A stretch of 36,018 nucleotides of DNA from a virus (taxonomy: Duplodnaviria; Caudoviricetes): IMG/VR virus record IMGVR_UViG_3300020042_006171, positions 1-36,018 of that record; one strand, 5' to 3'. Shown here one piece after another: positions 10,230 through 16,835 of this stretch (position 1 is its first letter; every line of letters starts with the position of its first letter). Below the pieces are notes generated by a model. The model had not been told where the DNA came from. It saw only the letters and a program-made list of their open reading frames with translations, and did no database searches. The position numbers were made by a program, and so were the translations under genes.

Positions 10230-11581
10230 TGTTAAATAGTAATTACATAAAATTCAACCCTAACTACGGGCTCCTCCAATTCAAAAATACGGAAGCGAGA
10301 GGCGGGCTTATTTCTGCAATTTCAGAGAATGAGACTTGCAACGTTTCAACGATCAATTCAAACATACCAATTTTTGACGCTTCGATACTGTTCTTAACTC
10401 CGCAAGCGTGGAAAGCTAGCCTTTTACTATCTACTAAACCGCTAGACTCTACGGGAGACTTTACCGTAGTACGGGCAACAACGGCGACGAGGGTAAACAA
10501 AAACGGTATTATCGAGAGCGTTATAGCAAACGCCCCGAGGATAGACTACACGGGCGGAGGCTGCGCTAGTGTTTTAATCGAGCCCCAGAGAACAAATATA
10601 TGTTTGAGGAGCGAGGAGATCGATAGCGCTACGTGGGTTAAAATAAACGCGGGTACTGGAGTACTGCCAGCCGTTACAGCTAACGCCGTAACCTCTCCCG
10701 ACGGTACGACTAACGCGGATACTATCGTACTGGATAGAGGAGCGGGAAACACTGGCGGCGATTATTCATGGTTTTATCAAAGTGCGACTTTTGCCGCTGA
10801 CTTTTACGCCCTTTCTTTTTGGATAAAAACCTCTGTTATTGGAGACGTTGGAAAGACTATACTCGCTAGGCTTTCAGCTTCGAATGCTTCTCAGGTTGTT
10901 ACTTTGACTTCTACGTGGACTAGGATCACAATAGTATCGAGTTCGGCGGGAGCTGCGGCGGCGGCCGAAATCGAGTTCTTTAACCGTGGAACTTTAACAA
11001 CGGGTAACAGCGTTTCGATAGATTTATGGGGGGTACAAGTTGAACAGGCAAAAAGTAGCTCCTCTTATATTCCGACAACCTCGGCCAGTGTAACAAGAAA
11101 CGCAGATGAGATTTACAAAACTGGAATTTCTAGCTTAATACCACAGCCAGAGGGTAGTATTTTTGTCGATTGCGTAGTAGATTCTTTTAACGGTAATGCA
11201 ACCGTTAATATTTTAAACGCAGAGAGAACCTCGGCGTGTTCTTTTTATTGCTATATCGATACTTCTAATAATATTATTTTTGGTATTTTAGACGGGGGTA
11301 GCGCAGTTTTAACTTTAACCGCGACAGACGCCAGCTTCCTAGTAGGTCAAAGGCTAAAGATTTTAATTAATTTTAAAACGGGAAGCTCTAAGCTATACGT
11401 TAACGGGGTTTTAAAGGATACCCAAGTAAGCGCCTTTACTTTGTCCTCAACTTGGGACGATATTTTTATAAACGATAAAACTACTTACTTCGCAAGTCAA
11501 GGACTAAACAGATACAAACAAATTTCTTTTTTACCTTTTATTTCAGATTCGGCTCAATCAATTCAATTGACAACTTTATGA
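10226..11581 (+). CDS. Putative receptor-binding/spike-fibre protein with carbohydrate-binding and LamG-like domains
   Basis: Motifs FTVVRATTATRVN..G.IE...PRIDY...LIEPQRTN and WGVQVEQ...SSYIPTT...TRNAD, plus C-terminal KLYVNGV. These are typical of phage spike-fibre/CBM-like plus LamG proteins. Confidence 0.72.
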   Translation: MMLNSNYIKFNPNYGLLQFKNTEARGGLISAISENETCNVSTINSNIPIFDASILFLTPQAWKASLLLSTKPLDSTGDFTVVRATTATRVNKNGIIESVIANAPRIDYTGGGCASVLIEPQRTNICLRSEEIDSATWVKINAGTGVLPAVTANAVTSPDGTTNADTIVLDRGAGNTGGDYSWFYQSATFAADFYALSFWIKTSVIGDVGKTILARLSASNASQVVTLTSTWTRITIVSSSAGAAAAAEIEFFNRGTLTTGNSVSIDLWGVQVEQAKSSSSYIPTTSASVTRNADEIYKTGISSLIPQPEGSIFVDCVVDSFNGNATVNILNAERTSACSFYCYIDTSNNIIFGILDGGSAVLTLTATDASFLVGQRLKILINFKTGSSKLYVNGVLKDTQVSAFTLSSTWDDIFINDKTTYFASQGLNRYKQISFLPFISDSAQSIQLTTL

Positions 11582-11868
11582 TACATAAACTAAAATACAC
11601 GGATAAAGAAAGCGCTATTTCGGACCTACTCGCAAAAGGCGTAATTGTAAAAAATGACAAAGGCTTTTTGAATAATTCAGAAAGCACCAGCGCCGTAGTT
11701 TATATCGGTCTAATAGTTGACTCTCCGCCCGTTTTTGGTGTAGATAGAGAGGCGATAACAGAAGCGACCTACCTAGAGGGCTACCACGTGGACGTTATGC
11801 TTAAAAATGAGGTCGTATTTGAAAATGAAATTTTTGTCAAAAACCCCAAACATATATTTTCAGTTTAA
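11578..11868 (+). CDS. Small fibre-associated protein (possible chaperone)
   Basis: 96 aa, ATGA-coupled to the spike-fibre gene; AVVYIG and GYHVDVM motifs. Confidence 0.6.
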   Translation: MIHKLKYTDKESAISDLLAKGVIVKNDKGFLNNSESTSAVVYIGLIVDSPPVFGVDREAITEATYLEGYHVDVMLKNEVVFENEIFVKNPKHIFSV

Positions 11869-11890
11869 AAAATAAGGGTATATTTACGCT

Positions 11891-11983
11891 ATGAATTTTA
11901 CAATAGAAAATTTAATTTCAACAGGTCTCTGCCTAGCTATGTACGGGGCCCTTTATTTAATCGGAAAAAAAAGCGTTAAATAA
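11891..11983 (+). CDS. 30-aa single-TM microprotein heading the lysis cassette (not in ORF track)
   Basis: Translates as MNFTIENLISTGLCLAMYGALYLIGKKSVK. Its stop overlaps the next start (TAATG) and it fills an otherwise empty gap. Confidence 0.6.
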   Translation: MNFTIENLISTGLCLAMYGALYLIGKKSVK

Positions 11984-12222
11984 TGAATTTAGCAGAGGTA
12001 GCCACAAGGTACGGAGCGCTCGGGGTTGTTTGCCTCTGGTTAGGAGCGACAAACTCGAGACTTTCCAACGTGGAGAGTAAACTAGACGACTGTCAGGAGA
12101 AAGTAATTAGCGAAATACGTAACAACGTTTCGACGCTCCACAAAATACCATTTAAAGCGCTCGCAGTACTACCTAACCCCCTAAAAATAGTAGAAGATGA
12201 ACAAAATACTAGAGAGATTTAA
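11983..12222 (+). CDS. Membrane-anchored coiled-coil lysis-cassette protein (holin/antiholin/i-spanin candidate)
   Basis: N-terminal hydrophobic segment YGALGVVCLWLGA followed by a heptad region; upstream of the endolysin. Confidence 0.55.
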   Translation: MNLAEVATRYGALGVVCLWLGATNSRLSNVESKLDDCQEKVISEIRNNVSTLHKIPFKALAVLPNPLKIVEDEQNTREI

Positions 12223-12451
12223 AGCTCGTACTCCTGAGAGAGATAAAAAGCTGGGCAAGTTAGCCACTAAGGTAGGCGCTGGAGCTGCGGCCGCTTTTAC
12301 GCTTATCCCTACTCTGGGGGTTGTTTGCCCTCCTCTGGTAATGTTAGCCCTTGGGGTTATCGCCGCAGTCTTTGGAACAAAGGCAGTTTGGCACGGCTTG
12401 CAAACAGAATTAAAAGAGGATCCTAAAAACAAAGATAATGAGCAAAATTAG
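12197..12451 (+). CDS. Putative holin
   Basis: 84 aa with a basic N-terminus, two hydrophobic segments and a charged C-terminus; overlaps the endolysin start. Confidence 0.65.
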   Translation: MNKILERFKARTPERDKKLGKLATKVGAGAAAAFTLIPTLGVVCPPLVMLALGVIAAVFGTKAVWHGLQTELKEDPKNKDNEQN

Positions 12452-12935
12452 TATTATAGCAAAGTCCTACATAGGGCAAAAAGAAATAAGCGGAAACAAA
12501 GGCTTTGTAAATAAAGGCTTTGACGACAAAATGGAGGCCGTGGGCTTCTATATCGGCGCGCCTTGGTGCGGCTTTTTTACGCAGTTAGTCTGGAAAGAGG
12601 CAGGCGAGGACTTGGCTCCTCTATCCTCGAGTTCAAAGTCTGTTATTGACAAAGCCGCAAAGAGTGGAAACTGGCACGCTAAACCCGTAGCGGGGGCGGT
12701 CGTAGTTTGGGCTATGTTTAAGAACGGCCGCAGACAATGGCAGGGCCACCTTGGTATCGTTACAGATGTAAGCGAGAACGGCGTAGACTATTCAACGGTA
12801 GAGGGAAACACTACGGACAAAGGAGGCCGCGAGGGTATAATGGTAGCGGTTAGAAATAGACAGCTAACAGCCGACAAATGGAAAACAGAGAACGGGCTCC
12901 GCTTAATGGGCTTTGTCTATCCCAAAAATATTTAA
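12438..12935 (+). CDS. Endolysin, CHAP-domain cysteine amidase/peptidase
   Basis: Catalytic motifs PWCGFF (Cys), GHLGIV (His) and TVEGNT; last gene of the late operon. Confidence 0.88.
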   Translation: MSKISIIAKSYIGQKEISGNKGFVNKGFDDKMEAVGFYIGAPWCGFFTQLVWKEAGEDLAPLSSSSKSVIDKAAKSGNWHAKPVAGAVVVWAMFKNGRRQWQGHLGIVTDVSENGVDYSTVEGNTTDKGGREGIMVAVRNRQLTADKWKTENGLRLMGFVYPKNI

Positions 12936-12989
12936 AGAAAATAAAGCGAGTTTTTAGGGTCTCATAGTCCGCAGTTTCTCAGCTTTTTG

Positions 12990-13016
12990 GCCCCTGTTAA
13001 TCGCAGGGGCTTTTTT
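12990..13016 (+). terminator. Intrinsic terminator ending the tail/lysis operon
   Basis: GCCCCTG-ttaatcg-CAGGGGC followed by T6. Confidence 0.88.
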
Positions 13017-13051
13017 ATTTTCACTTTTTTTCAAATTATTTTTGTTTTTTG

Positions 13052-13082
13052 TTTGCAGTATTCAAAAGAATAACTATATTTG
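13052..13082 (+). promoter_or_regulatory. Bacteroidota-type sigma70 promoter (early, class I)
   Basis: TTTG (13052-13055), 19-nt spacer, TATATTTG (13075-13082); matches the -33 TTG / -7 TAnnTTTG consensus. Confidence 0.8.
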
Positions 13083-13114
13083 TCAAACAGAAACAATTTA
13101 AAAACAGAAAAAAG

Positions 13115-13276
13115 ATGAACAGAGAAGCACTAATAATCGCAATAGAAGAAAATGAAAAGCGTATCAAAGCGCTACAGTGTAACGAGTACGGTACGCCTGT
13201 AGATATGGACTTCGCTAACGCCCTTTATGCTATCGAGGACGATTTAAACCAACAACTAAACGAAATACTTAACTAA
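13115..13276 (+). CDS. Small acidic early protein (53 aa)
   Basis: Start moved to ATG 13115 because the track start at 13049 lies inside the promoter; A-rich leader precedes it. Confidence 0.65.
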   Translation: MNREALIIAIEENEKRIKALQCNEYGTPVDMDFANALYAIEDDLNQQLNEILN

Positions 13277-13507
13277 ATGGAAACGCCGATACTGCACGAG
13301 GTGGAGCTCCAGTACAGAAACTTTTTAAGTTTAACGAGTATGCGAGAGCCCTCTATTATTATCGTTCACACGAAAACGCGCGATAAAATGCTGGCGGAGG
13401 CCCGAGAGCTTTACGGCTTCAACGGCGCCACCGCTATAGGTATGTATCGCAATATCAAAATAATAACAAGCCCCGAAGTAAAAGAGGGTATAATCGAAAT
13501 ATATTAA
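13277..13507 (+). CDS. Hypothetical early protein
   Basis: 76 aa, begins immediately after the upstream stop. Confidence 0.65.
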   Translation: METPILHEVELQYRNFLSLTSMREPSIIIVHTKTRDKMLAEARELYGFNGATAIGMYRNIKIITSPEVKEGIIEIY

Positions 13508-13509
13508 AT

Positions 13510-13899
13510 ATGGAAACAACTAAAAAGGACCCCAGAGGAGGGGCTAGAACGGGGGCAGGACGTCCACGCAAAGAACCTACGCAAGTCTTAGGGGTGCGCG
13601 TTCCCGTATCTTTGCACTCAGACTGTAAGGACCTAGTAAAAAACTACGTTAAGAATATCGCCGACGAGTGGAACCCGCTAACCTCGGAGGCACTCCTAGA
13701 CCTTGGCTTTAGTGTAAACGATATAGACGTCGAAAAGTCTAGGCAGTTTTTTAGGTACGAGCTGGATACTTGCACGCTCTACGTTAAACTTAGCGGCCGC
13801 GTAACCCTAGACGCCGCCTACTTAACAGAGGAGGCCCTACTTTTAGAGGGCGCAAGTCTTAGCCAAATTAAAAACCTTTTAAACGCCTTACGGTCATGA
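13510..13899 (+). CDS. Putative DNA-binding protein (RGGAR.GAGRP arm plus ribbon-helix-like segment)
   Basis: PRGGARTGAGRPRK followed by VLGVRVP and a helix; the C-terminal domain is unrecognised. Confidence 0.62.
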   Translation: METTKKDPRGGARTGAGRPRKEPTQVLGVRVPVSLHSDCKDLVKNYVKNIADEWNPLTSEALLDLGFSVNDIDVEKSRQFFRYELDTCTLYVKLSGRVTLDAAYLTEEALLLEGASLSQIKNLLNALRS

Positions 13900-14123
13900 G
13901 CGAAAAATCAAACTACTATAATCCTTTCCCACTAGGGAGACGCGTCTACGATTTACGCTACGAGTACGGGACCGTTATACAAGTTAAAGCTGCGGGCTCT
14001 CTTCCGATTATCGTAGAATTTAAAAACGGTCTGCGTATAGCTTACAACTTCGACGGCCGCGAGGACTGCGCGAGCGCAATCGCTATGCTTTACAGTAAAA
14101 AGATGAAAGTAGTAATAGATTAA
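13896..14123 (+). CDS. Hypothetical protein (small beta-rich, SH3-like pattern)
   Basis: 75 aa, ATGA-coupled; F.LG.RVYD..Y.YGTV...PIIVEF pattern. Confidence 0.6.
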   Translation: MSEKSNYYNPFPLGRRVYDLRYEYGTVIQVKAAGSLPIIVEFKNGLRIAYNFDGREDCASAIAMLYSKKMKVVID

Positions 14124-14126
14124 GCT

Positions 14127-14414
14127 ATGCGGGTTATCTCACAGGACGAACTTTTTATGCTTCGCAGGCTTTGGCAAAATACGGAGCACTCCGAACTCTG
14201 CCAGATGTTCGATATACCGTCGACAAGGATCTTAAATCTAAAAGGGCAGTTTATTAAAGAGGCGCAGGAACTAGCCCGACTCGAAAAGGACTACCTCGAA
14301 AAGAGTAAGCGCGCTATCGGTGCGGGTTGCTACTTTGAAAACGGATATCTAGCCGAGAATCTAGAGGGCTGGGAGAGGCAAACACTTCTAAAAGGTCCAA
14401 AGTATAAGCTATAA
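14127..14414 (+). CDS. Hypothetical protein, possible N-terminal helix-turn-helix
   Basis: SQDELFMLRRLW...HSELCQMFDIPSTRI resembles a tri-helical HTH; last gene before the terminator. Confidence 0.5.
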   Translation: MRVISQDELFMLRRLWQNTEHSELCQMFDIPSTRILNLKGQFIKEAQELARLEKDYLEKSKRAIGAGCYFENGYLAENLEGWERQTLLKGPKYKL

Positions 14415-14443
14415 AAAAAGGAGGGTCTAGAGCCCTCCTTTTT
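14413..14443. terminator. Bidirectional intrinsic terminator between convergent operons
   Basis: A7-GGAGGG-tctagag-CCCTCC-T5. Confidence 0.88.
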
Positions 14444-14512
14444 CAATCCTACCTAACCAGTGTCAATTTAAACATTCAGTAAAAAAATACTCAGAAAGTA
14501 CGAATATACAAT

Positions 14513-15898
14513 TTATTTTGATATGTACTGAGAAATTCGGAATTTTACCGCCTCCATTAGTCCGCTCTGGAGCACGTCCTTTCTTTTTTGGGCGGCGATT
14601 ACGTCCTCGTCCATAGTTCCAGAAACTACCAATTTGTTAATAATAACATTATTTTTTTGGTTCGGTCTCTTCAATCTTCGGTTAAGTTGCTGCTCGAGTT
14701 CTAAATCCCAAGTATTGCCATACCATACTATTATGTGGCCGCCAGCCTGTAAGTTCAAGCCGTGCCCTCCACTGGCAGGGTGTAAAAGTAAAAGCGGTAT
14801 TTTCTGGGCGTTCCAGTCTTTTATATCGTCGTCAGTTTTTAGCTGCCTCGGGCTATACTTTTTAAACTTCTCGAGGATCCGCGATAAATCGGAGCGGAAA
14901 GTATATGCTACCAGTACGGGCTTTCCTTGGGCCGCCTCCATTATATCCTCGAGGGCCTCCAGTTTCAAGTTGTGGACCTCGTGGACTCCTCGCTCTGAGT
15001 CGTACACTGCCCCGTTAGCGTATTGGAGTAATTTAGTATTTAAGGCCGCAGCGTTGGCCGCCGTTATTTGCGTACCGTCCTCGGCGAAAAGCTCGAGAAC
15101 TTTCTCGCGCTCGAAAGCTAAATACTCGCGGCGAACCGCTGGAGGCATTTCGATTTTAACTATATTTTCGATAAACTCGGGTAGGTCGATATAGTCCTCC
15201 TGTTTCATCGAGACTACAATATCCGCGATAAGCTCCGTTATTTTGGTCGTGTTCTCTTCGCTACAGCCGTACTTGTACACTATGTGGCCGTTTTGTTTGG
15301 CTGCGTAGAAAAACGCCTCTTTGTAGGCCGTTATCGTTTTGCATAGTCTGGCCCCTCTATCGAGGAGGTACATTTGCGGCCAAAGGTCTAGGAGCCCGTT
15401 AGGCGAGGGCGTTCCTGTTAAGATTATAACACGCTTAAACGAGGGCTGCGTTAACTTCAAAGCCTTAAAGCGTTGGCTGCTCGGGTTTTTAAAGCTGCTA
15501 CTCTCGTCGATTACCAACATATCGAAGGGAAGCCCTGCGCCGCCGTAAATACCGCACAGCCATACTATGTTATCGCGAGAGATTAGATACACGTCTGCGG
15601 GTTTCTTTAGGGCCTGCATTCGTCTGCCTGCGTCTCCTGCCACTAGCGAGAACGTTAAATGCTTTAAGTGTTCCCATTCTTGGGCCTCTTGCATCCAGAC
15701 GCTTTCTACTACTCGCTTAGGCGCGACGATTAAAACTTTAGTTATATCTAGGTCCTCGTAGATTAGGGTATTTATAGCGGTTAAAGTCGTGGCAGTTTTG
15801 CCGAGGCCCATATCTAAGAATAGGCCAAAATGGCTATTATCTAGGACTAAATTAACTCCGTGCGTCTGGTGTTTGTATAGTTGGCTCTGTGTTCTCAT
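14513..15898 (-). CDS. SNF2-family (SF2) helicase
   Basis: Motif I DMGLGKT, motif II VIDESS, motif III LTGTP, motif V GHGLNLQ. Confidence 0.93.
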   Translation of the reverse strand: MRTQSQLYKHQTHGVNLVLDNSHFGLFLDMGLGKTATTLTAINTLIYEDLDITKVLIVAPKRVVESVWMQEAQEWEHLKHLTFSLVAGDAGRRMQALKKPADVYLISRDNIVWLCGIYGGAGLPFDMLVIDESSSFKNPSSQRFKALKLTQPSFKRVIILTGTPSPNGLLDLWPQMYLLDRGARLCKTITAYKEAFFYAAKQNGHIVYKYGCSEENTTKITELIADIVVSMKQEDYIDLPEFIENIVKIEMPPAVRREYLAFEREKVLELFAEDGTQITAANAAALNTKLLQYANGAVYDSERGVHEVHNLKLEALEDIMEAAQGKPVLVAYTFRSDLSRILEKFKKYSPRQLKTDDDIKDWNAQKIPLLLLHPASGGHGLNLQAGGHIIVWYGNTWDLELEQQLNRRLKRPNQKNNVIINKLVVSGTMDEDVIAAQKRKDVLQSGLMEAVKFRISQYISK

Positions 15899-16181
15899 TT
15901 GTCAAAAATCTGATTAACTGATTTACTTTCTCTTTGCTATCTATTACTCGGGTCTCAAAGCCCATTTTTTCAAGTTCTCGCATAAATACGGCCTGTAATG
16001 CGCTCGGCTTTTTGCCCTCTTTTTTCAGCTCTACAAATACGGTTTTTCCTTGGTAGAGTATTTGCCTGTCTGGGATACCGCTCTCGAAAGCGGGGACCAT
16101 TTTAATAGCTCGGCCCCCTATTTCTTTTATCTTTTCGCGGAGATACTTCTCGATTTCTCGCTCTGGTGTTGTTTTGCTCAT
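15852..16181 (-). CDS. VRR-NUC domain nuclease
   Basis: E..IE...GIPDR...FVELK...S.LQ PD-(D/E)xK signature; usual position upstream of the SNF2 helicase. Confidence 0.9.
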   Translation of the reverse strand: MSKTTPEREIEKYLREKIKEIGGRAIKMVPAFESGIPDRQILYQGKTVFVELKKEGKKPSALQAVFMRELEKMGFETRVIDSKEKVNQLIRFLTNENTEPTIQTPDARS

Positions 16182-16831
16182 AGTAGCCTGTTTTTTGCAA
16201 TTTCAAAATATTTTTTATCTGTCTCAAATATCAAAGAGCTAAAGCCTAAATCCTGCGCAACTTTTGCAGTTGTGCCACTGCCTCCGAATACGTCTATAAT
16301 TAACTCGTTTTCTTTGGCCGTTGTTAGTATAATTCGGCGTATTATCTCCTCGGGTATCTGGCAAGGGTGCGCGGTTTTCTCTCTCGAAACGTTTTTAACT
16401 TGGTTAACCTCCCACCAGTCGTATAGTTTAGCCCCCGTTTTCCCCTCCTCGATTCTTTTTTTTATTCTTTTGTCGTTTAGATTTTTATAAGGTTGTAAAA
16501 CTTTACGAAAATCGGGTTTACAGCCCCACCAACTAATTAGGCGGCTTTGTTTTCCTGTGTTCGAATTATATACCCAGCATACTACTTGCTCGCATTTCGC
16601 GGTTATCGCTCGAGGTAGTAGGTTTATCGTCTCCTCTGGGTAGTGTATAATCACGCAGGGCGTCGGTATCTTCGCGAGGAGTTCGATATACTCCCGCTCG
16701 TTCAGCTTGTCCTTATACTCATTGTACGCGTACCCTTGGTTGTACGGCGGGTCTGTAATCGTCAGCCCTTTAGGTATTTCATGCGCTCTAAAATCTTCGT
16801 TTATCATTAAAGATATACTTTCTTTTTTCAT
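16178..16831 (-). CDS. Orphan N6-adenine/N4-cytosine DNA methyltransferase (beta class)
   Basis: TDPPY near the N-terminus, HPCQIP, and DVFGGSGTT SAM-binding motif near the C-terminus. Confidence 0.9.
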   Translation of the reverse strand: MKKESISLMINEDFRAHEIPKGLTITDPPYNQGYAYNEYKDKLNEREYIELLAKIPTPCVIIHYPEETINLLPRAITAKCEQVVCWVYNSNTGKQSRLISWWGCKPDFRKVLQPYKNLNDKRIKKRIEEGKTGAKLYDWWEVNQVKNVSREKTAHPCQIPEEIIRRIILTTAKENELIIDVFGGSGTTAKVAQDLGFSSLIFETDKKYFEIAKNRLL

Positions 16832-16835
16832 CTGT

